Part shown: piece by piece, positions 18,047 to 26,999 of the stretch | Layout: each line of letters starts with the position of its first letter | Numbering within the stretch: position 1 is the first letter of the stretch | From: Deltaproteobacteria bacterium | Lineage (GTDB): Bacteria > Myxococcota_A > Polyangia > Polyangiales > Houyiibacteriaceae | Length of the DNA: 64,000 bases | Direction of reading: 5' to 3' | NCBI GenBank assembly: GCA_013151775.1 | Contig: JAADHO010000298.1 | Location: 2,853-66,852, forward strand | Made by a program: the position numbers and the translations under genes | The notes under the pieces: model-generated | The model's input: the letters and a program-made list of their open reading frames with translations, nothing else | Databases searched by the model: none | Told to the model about the DNA's origin: nothing

Positions 18047-18618
18047 CTGCAGGCGTCGAGCAGGCGCTCGGCGAGCTCGTACTCGGGGATGGCGCCGCGG
18101 CTCAGGGTGGTGGAGCCGACCCGCACGCAGGGCACCGACGTGACGCCTAGCGCCGGGCACTGATCCGCGCGCAGGATGTCGACGTCGAGCGCGGGTGATC
18201 CGCAGGCCATGCGCAGCGCCGCCGCGGAGACGCCGGGGCAGAAGGGACAGCTCGGGCCCACGAACACCTGTAGCGCGAGGCGCTCGGGCAGGCGCGCCAA
18301 GAGCGCGGGCGTCGCGGGCGTGTCCCAGGCGATCTCGCCGGTGGCCAAGCTGCGCAGGGTCTCCGCCAAGCTCTCCAAGAGGCGACCTTCGAGCTCTCCG
18401 AGGAAGCGGATGGAGCCATGGGCGTGGGAGCCCCGTAGCTCGAGCTGGGCGTGTGCGCTGGGAGCCTCGTCCCACTCGAGCTGCAGCCACGCCGCCGCCT
18501 CGGCGAAGTCCCTCAGCACGCTCTCTGCCGATCGCCCTCGGACGCTCAGACGCACAGGCGCGCCCGGGACACCGAGGTAGGCTCGGAGCCGGGTCAGCGC
18601 CTGCGGTCGCGAGCTCAC
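18043..18618 (-). CDS. thioredoxin-fold (glutaredoxin-like) protein with CPFC redox motif
   Basis: Only the 3' 576 nt of the 611-aa track ORF look coding. GTG at 18618 forms a GTGA overlap with the stop of the upstream gltS-like gene. The motif VFVGPSCPFCP is followed by a VTSVPCV cis-Pro-like region. Confidence 0.6.
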   Translation of the reverse strand: MSSRPQALTRLRAYLGVPGAPVRLSVRGRSAESVLRDFAEAAAWLQLEWDEAPSAHAQLELRGSHAHGSIRFLGELEGRLLESLAETLRSLATGEIAWDTPATPALLARLPERLALQVFVGPSCPFCPGVSAAALRMACGSPALDVDILRADQCPALGVTSVPCVRVGSTTLSRGAIPEYELAERLLDACS

Positions 18619-20240
18619 GTGTCGAGCTGCACGTAGGACGCGCGCTGTCTGCTGTCGAGCACCTCGAAGGAGTCGGGGCGTGCGGCGTGCCAGGCACGGG
18701 CGTAGGCCTCGGGGATGTCCGCTCCGAGCAGCGAGCCGGGCTCGATGTACTGGTAGATCTGATCGTAGTGGCGCACGTCCGTGGACGAGACGCGGCGCTG
18801 GATATGCCACGGCCTCAGGTCTCCCGGGCCGTCGAGGCCCGCCGCCGCGACCAGCTCGTTGAGGGCGCGAAGGGTGGCGTCGTGGTACTGCCGCACGCGC
18901 TCGGCCTTGTCGGGGATCACCAGGCCACTCACCAAGGAGGGCAGCTGCGTGGCGATGCCCACGGGGCAGTGGTTGGTGTTGCAGCGTCGGGCTTGGATGC
19001 AGCCGAGGGCGAACATCATGGAGCGCGCCGCCATGGTCGCGTCCGCGCCCACGGCGAGCTTGTGCGCGATGTCGAAGCCGCTCGCGACCTTCCCGCTCGC
19101 GAGCACGCGGATCTCCTCGCGCAGGCCCGCGCCCGTGAGCGCGTTGTGGACGAAGACCAGGCCCTCTACCAAGGGCGTGCCCACCACGTTGGAGAACTCG
19201 AGGGGCGCCGCGCCCGTGCCTCCCTCGCCACCGTCCACCGTGATGAAATCGGGGCGCACGCCGGTCTCGAGCATGGCCTTGACGATGGCGAAGAACTCTC
19301 GATGCTTGCCGATGCAGAGCTTGAAGCCGACCGGTTTCCCGCCCGATAGATCCCGAAGCGTAGTGATGAACTTCATCATCTCGAGCGGCGTCCCAAAGGA
19401 CGAGTGCGTGGGCGGTGAGAGCACGTCTTTTCCCAGCGGGACGTGACGAATCTTGGCGATCTCTGGCGTGACCTTGGCCGCCGGAAGGATGCCTCCGTGG
19501 CCCGGCTTGGCGCCTTGACTGACCTTGATCTCCACCATCTTGACGGCGTCTGTGGTCGCCTTCTGGGCGAAGCGCTCTTCGGAGAATCCGCCCTCGTCGT
19601 TGCGCGCGCCGAAGTAGCCCGTGCCGATCTGCCAGATCAGGTCTCCCCCCTGCTCGTGGTGCGGGCTGAGCCCGCCTTCGCCCGTATTGTGCGCGAAGTG
19701 GCCCTGCTTGGCGGCGCGGTTCAGGGCGATGATGGCGTGCCGGCTCAGGGAGCCGAAGCTCATGGCGGAGACGTTCAAGAGCGAGAGGTCGTAGGGCTGC
19801 TTGCAGTCCTTTCCGCCGACCATGATGCGAGGGAGCTCCTCCGGGTGCTCCTTGGCCGCGATGGAGTGGTTGATCCACTCGTATCCGACGTCGTAGACAT
19901 TGCGCTGCGTGCCGAAGGGCACGGTGTCGCGCACGCCCTTGGCACGCTGATAGATGAGTGAGCGTTTCTCGCGATTGAATGGCGTGCCGGATACGTCAGA
20001 CTCGACGAAATACTGGTTGATCTCTGGTCGAATCGACTCGAGGAGATAGCGCCCATGTCCCACGAGCGGGTAGTTGCGCCTCAGGGCGTGGCGGGTCTGG
20101 AGCATGTCGTAGAGGCCGAGCAGAATGGGCGGCCCGACGAGGACGAAGGCCCAGGCGGCGGGAGGCCAGACATAGGCCGCCGCGGAGATGCCCGCGATGA
20201 CGACGCCGGCGCCCAGCACGAAGATGTTTCTCGGTGTCAT
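18615..20240 (-). CDS. membrane-anchored FMN-binding glutamate synthase family protein (GltB central-domain-like)
   Basis: ATG at 20240. N-terminal TM helices are IFVLGAGVVIAGISAAAYVWPPAAWAFVLVGPPILLGL. Conserved GltS-domain blocks are present: NVSAMSFGSLS, VEIKVSQGAKPGHGGILP, ITVDGGEGGTGAAP and CNTNHCPVGIATQ. Confidence 0.85.
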   Translation of the reverse strand: MTPRNIFVLGAGVVIAGISAAAYVWPPAAWAFVLVGPPILLGLYDMLQTRHALRRNYPLVGHGRYLLESIRPEINQYFVESDVSGTPFNREKRSLIYQRAKGVRDTVPFGTQRNVYDVGYEWINHSIAAKEHPEELPRIMVGGKDCKQPYDLSLLNVSAMSFGSLSRHAIIALNRAAKQGHFAHNTGEGGLSPHHEQGGDLIWQIGTGYFGARNDEGGFSEERFAQKATTDAVKMVEIKVSQGAKPGHGGILPAAKVTPEIAKIRHVPLGKDVLSPPTHSSFGTPLEMMKFITTLRDLSGGKPVGFKLCIGKHREFFAIVKAMLETGVRPDFITVDGGEGGTGAAPLEFSNVVGTPLVEGLVFVHNALTGAGLREEIRVLASGKVASGFDIAHKLAVGADATMAARSMMFALGCIQARRCNTNHCPVGIATQLPSLVSGLVIPDKAERVRQYHDATLRALNELVAAAGLDGPGDLRPWHIQRRVSSTDVRHYDQIYQYIEPGSLLGADIPEAYARAWHAARPDSFEVLDSRQRASYVQLDT

Positions 20241-20283
20241 CGAATCTCCCAGTCTTGGTTCGTCACGCTATCCATCGGGAACC

Positions 20284-21489
20284 TCAGTCGTCGCTCCGTG
20301 TGATGGGAGCTTGGCCGGATTTGCGGTCGAGCCGCCGACGCACCCACCAGACGCCGAAGATGGCCACGACCGCGCCCAGGGTGAGCAGCAGACCTCCCAT
20401 CACCGGACGATGGGCGGTCCAGAGTCCACCCACGACCAGCACGCAGAGGGGCGTGGCCAGGGCGAGCGCGGGCACGATGGCGCCCGCTTCGAGCATGCGC
20501 CCGAGGCGCACGAAGCGCTCGCTGCCCATGGCGCGTCGCAGCAGCAGCCACAGCCCGAGCCAGATCAGCAGCCAGCTCAGGGCGCGCAGGGCCCACGTCA
20601 GCGGTGTGTTCACGCGTGTGATGTCGCTCGCGGCGTCGCCCGCCTCTTCGCGACCGAGGCTGAGGTGCGGCGCCAGCTCACGGCCGCTCGGGGCGGTCCA
20701 GGTCGTCAGCTCGCTCCCGCGTTGCGCGCCGACCACGGTGACGGTGGTGAAGGGCGTGCGCTGAAAGCGGACGCGTAGATCGCCCACGCGAGGCTGTGCC
20801 GGATCTTGGCCGACGTAGATCGAGTCGTCCCAGAGCTGTCCGCGCTTGCCCGCGAGCTCCACGGCGTTGGCGGCCGCGGCGTCGGGTGTGAGGCTCTCGA
20901 GGGTCTCGACCTGGGCGAGCAGGGAGGCGGGCACGGCGAAGGCGCCGACCACGGGGCGAGAGGCCTCGAAGGAGTCGTCCTCGGCCGGGAAGTCCGGATT
21001 CTCGTGGCCCTCCTCCTGCTCGAAGTCGCCCGAGTCGATGGGCGTGGCGGACCACACGCCCGAGTAGCGCGGCTCGCTGACGCGCCGCGTGCCGCCGTCC
21101 TCGCGGAGCTCACGCTCCACCCGCTCCTCACGCCATTGGTACATCTCCACGTGACGCAGAAGCCGCAGGGCGCTGACCGAGACCTGGAACACGGGATCGA
21201 CCAAGATCTCGCGCGTGGAGAGCTGCCCCGTGACGTGCACGAGGCGGCCTTCGGCGCTGGGATCGACCTGCTCCGCGGCCACGCTGACCACGGCCCGCCC
21301 GCTCTCGAGGGCGTCGTCGGCGCGGTTCAGGGCGAAGAGCTCGTCGCCCACGAGCAGGGCGAGACCTGCCACGACGAGCGCCACGGCCACGAGCGCCCGC
21401 CGGCTCTTGGGCGCGGCGGGGGAGGTGGCCGGCTTCTCGGAGTCATCCGACGTCGCGGGCTCAGCTTCGGATTCGGTTGTGTTCGTCAC
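20284..21489 (-). CDS. TMEM43 (DUF1625)-family membrane protein
   Basis: GTG at 21489 is the codon immediately after, and in the same frame as, the TAA of the upstream gene. The layout is TM1 (ALVAVALVVAGLALLVG), a large loop containing VEMYQWRE, and a C-terminal cluster of TM helices (WALRALSWLLIWLGLWLLL, IVPALALATPLCVLVVGGLW, GGLLLTLGAVVAIFGVWW). Confidence 0.65.
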   Translation of the reverse strand: MTNTTESEAEPATSDDSEKPATSPAAPKSRRALVAVALVVAGLALLVGDELFALNRADDALESGRAVVSVAAEQVDPSAEGRLVHVTGQLSTREILVDPVFQVSVSALRLLRHVEMYQWREERVERELREDGGTRRVSEPRYSGVWSATPIDSGDFEQEEGHENPDFPAEDDSFEASRPVVGAFAVPASLLAQVETLESLTPDAAAANAVELAGKRGQLWDDSIYVGQDPAQPRVGDLRVRFQRTPFTTVTVVGAQRGSELTTWTAPSGRELAPHLSLGREEAGDAASDITRVNTPLTWALRALSWLLIWLGLWLLLRRAMGSERFVRLGRMLEAGAIVPALALATPLCVLVVGGLWTAHRPVMGGLLLTLGAVVAIFGVWWVRRRLDRKSGQAPITRSDD

Positions 21490-22110
21490 TTAGAGCACTT
21501 CGTCGAGATGGTTGAGAAGTCGGTCGGCGGAAGGTGCCGCCGCGCGCACCTTGTTTGGATCGACGCGCGCGAGCAGCGCGAAGGAGTGCTTGCCTTTGCC
21601 GTAGGGCCCGCCCTGGGTGTTTCGCGTCGCCTGCTTCAACGCGTCGTAGACGCCTTGCTTCTGGACGCTTTCGAGCGAGGTGCCAGGGGGCAGCGCGCTG
21701 CGCTGGAAGCCCTGACCAAAGAACTCCTCGAGCGCGTGTGGATCCGCCAGGAACCAACTCTCCATGCACTCGATCATCAAGTGAAGCTGTTCGTCTGTCG
21801 CATTCCCCGGCTGTTGCCAGCCGTCTCCCTGTCGTTGTGCGACATGCTTCCAACTCGAGGTCTGTGACACCGGCGCCTCCGAGTCCACCAACAGCACGAC
21901 CGAGTCGCAGGGCTGTGCCTCTCTGAATGCGCTGCAGAACCTCTTGTACGCCTGTCCGCGCCCACCACAGGCGACGATACGAGGCATACGGCCCGTGAAA
22001 CTCCCCGTCTTCTCGAGGAACTTGCGGAAGCCTTTGCGGCATGCTGTCGCGAGCGCGTGATTGTTGTCGCCTCCGCCCTCGACGAAGAGCAGTCGCTTCC
22101 TGCTGGTCAC
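21490..22110 (-). CDS. DUF4276-like protein with Toprim-like acidic motifs
   Basis: The preferred start is GTG 22110, which forms a GTGA overlap with the ATPase stop and is preceded by GGGAGGG. The track's GTG 22143 is the alternative. The N-terminal strand is RKRLLFVEGGGDNN, followed by VVLLVDSEAP and ECMESWFLADP. Size is about 205 aa. The family call is from remembered motif pattern, not a search. Confidence 0.55.
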   Translation of the reverse strand: MTSRKRLLFVEGGGDNNHALATACRKGFRKFLEKTGSFTGRMPRIVACGGRGQAYKRFCSAFREAQPCDSVVLLVDSEAPVSQTSSWKHVAQRQGDGWQQPGNATDEQLHLMIECMESWFLADPHALEEFFGQGFQRSALPPGTSLESVQKQGVYDALKQATRNTQGGPYGKGKHSFALLARVDPNKVRAAAPSADRLLNHLDEVL

Positions 22111-23297
22111 CAGCGGGTCCCTCCCAGGCGTCCACTCATCCACAGGCTGCCCAGGCTGCCGTCGCCGCGCCAGCGCTCGACCTCATCCTGAGCGAGCCGA
22201 GTCAGCCGACTTCCTCCTTCGTGCTTCTCGCATACCAACACCGAGTTCGCGTAGTCTGTCATGGCGTCCACGAGCTGCGTCGAGTGCGTCGAGACCACCA
22301 GCTGGCAGCGCCCGCTGGCCTCCAACATGAGATCACGAAGCGCGGGCAGCACGTCGGGGTGCAGGCCGAGTTCAGGCTCCTCGATGGCCACCAAGGGCGG
22401 AGGCTTCGGATCAGTCAGGATCGCCGCCAAGCATAGGAAGCGCAGCGTGCCGTCCGAGAGGCGTCGCGCGGGCAGCATGCGCCCGCTCTCCTGAACGTAG
22501 AGTTGGAGCTGCCCCCCTTCAGGGGTGACTTCGATGTCTTCGAAACCGGCGCAGAAATCACCCATCAGTTCGATCAGGCGCTTCTTGACGGCCGGAGTCT
22601 TCTTGAGCACGGCTAGGCGCGCAGGAAGATTGCTGAAGTCCTCGAGCAGCCTGTCCGTGACCACGTCGGCATGGCAACTGCTGCGCACGGCGGAGCGCGG
22701 ACCGAAGGACCAGCTGCGGTAGATCGCCACTCGCTTCAGCTTGTCAGCCAGCTGCGTCAGCTCCGGGTAGCTGTCTGGATCGCGTCGCTGCGAGAGGATG
22801 GACTGCGTCGGGTCGAGGTCTTCCCGCTCGAGCTGGCGCCCCACCTTCCCATCGGCGACGTTGAGCATGGGGCGGCCCTGCTGATAGCCGAAATAGAAGT
22901 AGGGCTTCGTGTGGCCTTCGTCAGGACATTCGTTTTCGATTCGCTCGTCGAGCACGGTGAACTTATCGCCCTCGGCTCCGAAGGTCAGGCGATAGCGGAC
23001 GGCGGGCGTCGCGATCTGCCCCGCCGCGAAGACGGCCTCCAGGCTTGCTCGGTCCGCAGGTGACGTTCCCTTCCACAGCCAATCCTTGACGCCTCCGCCC
23101 TCGCGAATTGGCAGGGGCAGGTCTCTGGGCGCAGCTCGAAGCACCGAGAGCGCTTCCACGAAATTCGACTTGCCCGAGCCGTTGGGCCCGATCACGAGGT
23201 TGAGCGCGGACAGAACGATTGGGTCGGAGTCGGGCGCGAAGGAGAGAAAACCTCCTAGCGCGATGCTCTTCAGCAGCTTGGCCCCCTGTGCGCTCAT
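22107..23297 (-). CDS. AAA_21/ABC-type (SMC/OLD-like) ATPase
   Basis: ATG at 23297 is preceded by a GAGGAAG Shine-Dalgarno. Walker A is LVIGPNGSGKSNF, the ABC signature-like motif is RLSDGTLRFL, Walker B/D-loop is LVAIEEPELGLHPD, and the His-switch region is VVSTHS. Confidence 0.85.
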   Translation of the reverse strand: MSAQGAKLLKSIALGGFLSFAPDSDPIVLSALNLVIGPNGSGKSNFVEALSVLRAAPRDLPLPIREGGGVKDWLWKGTSPADRASLEAVFAAGQIATPAVRYRLTFGAEGDKFTVLDERIENECPDEGHTKPYFYFGYQQGRPMLNVADGKVGRQLEREDLDPTQSILSQRRDPDSYPELTQLADKLKRVAIYRSWSFGPRSAVRSSCHADVVTDRLLEDFSNLPARLAVLKKTPAVKKRLIELMGDFCAGFEDIEVTPEGGQLQLYVQESGRMLPARRLSDGTLRFLCLAAILTDPKPPPLVAIEEPELGLHPDVLPALRDLMLEASGRCQLVVSTHSTQLVDAMTDYANSVLVCEKHEGGSRLTRLAQDEVERWRGDGSLGSLWMSGRLGGTRW

Positions 23298-23511
23298 GTC
23301 TTCCTCTGCTGAAGTTCCTGCCTATAGCTCTTGTCGCCTGTTTCATCTGGGGCGTCAATCGAAGCGGGCACGTCGGGTACGCTCGAGGGAGGTCGAGCCC
23401 GGCGTTCGCTGCGCTGTCGCGTGTCTGAATCTGGCAGAGCGATCCCCGCTTGCGGCCGCGATCGAATCGAGGCTAGCCTTTTAGGCACCTTCCACACGGA
23501 GCTTCCCACCG

Positions 23512-24267
23512 ATGACTGCTCAGCGTTTCGTTCTCTCCTCCCGCGTCCGGGCCGTGGTCGCGCTCTCGGCGGCTCTCTCCCTCGGCGCCTGCGGTGGCGG
23601 TGGAGGGAGCACCACGGATGGGGGCGGCTCGCGCGACTCGGCCGCACGTCCCCCCGACTCGGGCGGCGGTCGTGACTCGGCGATCTCTCCGGGCGATGGT
23701 GGCGGCCGAGATTCGGCGACCCCGCCGGGAGACTCCGGCGGTGGCTGCGTGCCTACGGTCGAGATCTGCGGCGATCGCATCGATCAGAATTGCGACGGCC
23801 GCGACACGGGCTGCGGTGACGCGGACGGCGATCATTTCGACGCCTGCACGGTGGCCGATCAGATGTCCGGCGATCTCAGCGCCTGCGACTGCGACGACGA
23901 CCACGCTACGGCCTATCCGGGGCATCCCGAGGAGTGCGACGGCATCGACAACGACTGCAACGGACGCATCGACGAGGCCGCGGCCTGCTGCGCGGGCTGC
24001 GCGGGCATGGCCCTGCGCGGAGACATATGCGCCACAGACGGCTCCTGCGCGTGTTCGACCGCACCGGGCATGGGCGTGTGCGCAGTGGGCCAGACGTGTT
24101 GCTCGGGCGGCTGCACGGACATCACCACGGACATCACAAACTGCGGCTACTGCGGCACGGCCTGCACCACGAGCTCTGACACATGCAGCGGTGGCGAGTG
24201 TCGCTGTGGCACGGGCCCTGTGTGCAGCTACACCTACGCGTGCACGGGCGGCAGCTGCGGCACGTGA
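23512..24267 (+). CDS. Cys-rich lipoprotein with MopE-type 'putative metal-binding motif'
   Basis: The signal/lipobox is VVALSAALSLGAC. GGGRDSA-type repeats follow. Motifs are EICGDRIDQNCDGRDTGCGDADGD and EECDGIDNDCNGRIDE, with a Cys-rich tail (CCSGGCTDITTDITNCGYCGTAC). Confidence 0.75.
   Translation: MTAQRFVLSSRVRAVVALSAALSLGACGGGGGSTTDGGGSRDSAARPPDSGGGRDSAISPGDGGGRDSATPPGDSGGGCVPTVEICGDRIDQNCDGRDTGCGDADGDHFDACTVADQMSGDLSACDCDDDHATAYPGHPEECDGIDNDCNGRIDEAAACCAGCAGMALRGDICATDGSCACSTAPGMGVCAVGQTCCSGGCTDITTDITNCGYCGTACTTSSDTCSGGECRCGTGPVCSYTYACTGGSCGT
23617..23745 (+). repeat. about 3.4 tandem copies of a 36-39 nt coding repeat (DGGGSRDSAARPP / DSGGGRDSAISPG / DGGGRDSATPPG / DSGGG)
   Basis: Read directly from the translation and the DNA ('ggcgg..cg.gactcggc' recurs). 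Confidence 0.8.
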
Positions 24268-24312
24268 GCTCGGTGCGGGCGGCGCACCGAGCGCGTGCTA
24301 CAACGCGCCTCG

Positions 24313-26871
24313 ATGACCGACGAACGATACGATCCCGCCGAGGTCGAGCCGCGCTGGCAGGCCTACTGGCAAGAGCACGACACCTTCCGCACGGATGAAG
24401 AGAAGGAGCCGCGCTTCTACATCCTCGACATGTTTCCCTATCCCTCGGGGTCGGGTCTCCACGTCGGTCACCCGGAGGGCTACACGGCCACGGATATCGT
24501 CGCCCGCTATCACCGCGCGAAGGGCCACGGCGTGCTCCACCCCATGGGGTGGGACGCCTTCGGCCTGCCAGCGGAGCAGTACGCCATCAAGACGGGGACG
24601 CATCCGCGCGACACCACGCAGAAGAACATCGACACCTTCCGGCGTCAGCTCAAGATGCTGGGCTTCAGCTACGACTGGTCGCGCGAGGTCGACACCACGG
24701 ACCCGAGCTACGTGCGCTGGACGCAGTGGATCTTCCTGAAGCTCTTCGAGCGCGGCCTCGCCTACCAGAACGAGATCGCCGTCAACTGGTGCCCTGCGCT
24801 GGGCACGGTGCTGGCGAACGAGGAGGTCGTGGGCGGGCTCAGCGAGCGCGGACAGCACCCGGTCGTGCGCAAGCCCCTGCGGCAGTGGGTGCTGAAGATC
24901 ACGGAGTACTCGGATCGTCTGCTCGCGGGGCTCGAGGGCGTCGAGTGGCCCAAGAGCACGGAGACCATGCAGCGCGAGTGGATCGGTCGCTCCGAGGGCG
25001 CCGAGGTGCATTTCCCCTTGGTCGACGCCGAGGGTGAGCTGAGCGTCTTCACCACGCGCCCCGACACCCTCTTCGGCGCCACCTTCATGGTGGTCGCGCC
25101 CGAACACGAGAGCGTCGCCAAGATCACCACGGACGCGCAGCGCGAAGCGGTCACGGCCTACGTGGCCGAGGCGGCGAACAAGAGCGACCTCGACCGCAAG
25201 ACGGCCAAGCAGAAGACCGGCGTCTTCACGGGCGGCTACGCGACCAATCCCGTGAACGGCGCGAAGGTGCCGATCTGGATCGCAGACTACGTGCTGATGG
25301 GCTACGGCACGGGTGCCATCATGGCCGTGCCGGCCCACGACGAGCGCGACTTCGAATTCGCCAAGACCTTCGACATCCCCATCGTCGAGGTCGTGAGCAA
25401 GACGGGAAAGGCGAGCTCAGCGCCGCTCGAGTCCGCCATGGCCGGCGAGGGCGTGGCCGTGAATTCGGGCGCCTACGACGGCTTGAGCACCGCGGAGTTC
25501 AAGACGCGCATCATCGCCAACCTCGAGGCCAAGGGGCAGGGCAAGGGGCGCGTCGAGACCAAGCTGCGCGACTGGGTGTTCAGCCGTCAGCGCTATTGGG
25601 GCGAGCCCTTTCCCATCTACTTCCCCGTCGACACGGACGGCGACCCCCGCGCCGGCGCCGACTACGCCATTCGCTACGACGAGCCCATCGCCGTGCCCGA
25701 GAGCGAGCTGCCCGTGCGCCTGCCGGAGCTGGACGACTTCCGTCCGGGCGAGGATCCCGCGGGCGTGCTGGCGCGCGCCAAGGACTGGCGCTTCTTCCAG
25801 CAGGACGGGAAGTGGTTCGCCCGCGAGACCAACACCATGCCCCAATGGGCGGGCTCCTGTTGGTACTACCTGCGCTACCTCTCGCCGCACAATGACGAGG
25901 CCATCTTCGATGCGGAGCAGGCCGAGCGCTGGCTGCCCGTCTCCCTCTACGTGGGAGGCGCGGAGCACGCCGTCCTGCACCTGCTCTACGCGCGCTTCTG
26001 GCATATGGTGCTCTACGACGCGGGTGTGGTCTCCGTGCCGGAGCCCTTCGGCAAGCTGGTGCATCAGGGCATGATCCTGGGCGAGGTCGAGTACACGACG
26101 CAGGCGGGCGACAAGCTCGCTGCCGCGGACGTGAAGAAGAACGCCGACGGCAATTTCGTGCTCGAGGCAGACGGCTCGACCCCGGTGACGGCGCGCGCCT
26201 ACAAGATGAGCAAGTCGCGCGGCAACGTGCTGAACCCGGACGACGTGGTGGAGCGCTTCGGCGCCGACTCCATGCGCGTCTACGAGATGTTCATGGGGCC
26301 CCTCGAGGCGACCAAACCCTGGAGCACCTCGAGCATCGGCGGCGTGCGCCGCTTCCTCGACCGCGTCTACGCCAGCGTGCTGCGCGCGGAGCCGGTGGAG
26401 GCGGACGAGGCGCTCATGAAGCTCGCCCATCGCACCATCCAGAAGGTCACAGGCGACATCGAGGCCCTGCGCTTCAACACGGCCATCAGCGCGATGATGG
26501 TGCTGACCAACGCCCTCGTGCGCGCCGAGCACGTGCCCGCGGAGATCGCCTCCATGCTCGTGCGTCTGGTCCACCCCTTCGCGCCCCACCTGGCCGAGGA
26601 GTGCTGGCTGAAGCTCGGCCACGAGCCGAGCGTGCAGTTCGCCGACTGGCCCGAGTTCGACCCGGCGCTCTGCGTGGACGACGAGGTCGAGGTGCCCGTG
26701 CAGGTCAACGGCAAGCTGCGCGGCAAGCTGATGCTCGCGAAGGACGCCAGCGAAGAGACCGCTCTGAGCGCGGCGCGAGAGCTCGGCGGCGTAGCGAGGC
26801 AGCTCGAAGGCAAGACCCTACGCAAGGTGATCTGGGTGCCAGGTCGCATCCTGAACCTGATCGTAGGGTAG
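24313..26871 (+). CDS. leuS: leucine--tRNA ligase
   Basis: The start is MTDERYDPAEVEPRWQAYW. The HIGH motif is PYPSGSGLHVGH and the KMSKS motif is YKMSKSRGN, with length and order typical of bacterial LeuS. ATG 24313 is preferred over GTG 24295. Confidence 0.97.
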   Translation: MTDERYDPAEVEPRWQAYWQEHDTFRTDEEKEPRFYILDMFPYPSGSGLHVGHPEGYTATDIVARYHRAKGHGVLHPMGWDAFGLPAEQYAIKTGTHPRDTTQKNIDTFRRQLKMLGFSYDWSREVDTTDPSYVRWTQWIFLKLFERGLAYQNEIAVNWCPALGTVLANEEVVGGLSERGQHPVVRKPLRQWVLKITEYSDRLLAGLEGVEWPKSTETMQREWIGRSEGAEVHFPLVDAEGELSVFTTRPDTLFGATFMVVAPEHESVAKITTDAQREAVTAYVAEAANKSDLDRKTAKQKTGVFTGGYATNPVNGAKVPIWIADYVLMGYGTGAIMAVPAHDERDFEFAKTFDIPIVEVVSKTGKASSAPLESAMAGEGVAVNSGAYDGLSTAEFKTRIIANLEAKGQGKGRVETKLRDWVFSRQRYWGEPFPIYFPVDTDGDPRAGADYAIRYDEPIAVPESELPVRLPELDDFRPGEDPAGVLARAKDWRFFQQDGKWFARETNTMPQWAGSCWYYLRYLSPHNDEAIFDAEQAERWLPVSLYVGGAEHAVLHLLYARFWHMVLYDAGVVSVPEPFGKLVHQGMILGEVEYTTQAGDKLAAADVKKNADGNFVLEADGSTPVTARAYKMSKSRGNVLNPDDVVERFGADSMRVYEMFMGPLEATKPWSTSSIGGVRRFLDRVYASVLRAEPVEADEALMKLAHRTIQKVTGDIEALRFNTAISAMMVLTNALVRAEHVPAEIASMLVRLVHPFAPHLAEECWLKLGHEPSVQFADWPEFDPALCVDDEVEVPVQVNGKLRGKLMLAKDASEETALSAARELGGVARQLEGKTLRKVIWVPGRILNLIVG

Positions 26872-26999
26872 GGCGGCGCGCCATGGGAATCGGCTCCGCC
26901 CAGTCTTGGCCTGATGCCCACGCTGACGCAGCACATCGTGGGGCCCGTGCTTGCGCCCGCTGGCCGCGATCTGCCAGCGGGGCTACACTCGTACACCTC

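Noticed and set aside
18619-19878. The 5' two-thirds of the 611-aa ORF 18043-19878.
   Set aside because: It is Arg/Pro-rich nonsense overlapping the GltS-like frame. Only the last 191 codons (from GTG 18618) look like a real thioredoxin-fold protein.
26601-26999. Upstream extension of the antitoxin ORF (the track ORF is 26601-27233).
   Set aside because: It overlaps the leuS 3' end and has an Arg-rich translation. The plausible antitoxin begins at ATG 27000.
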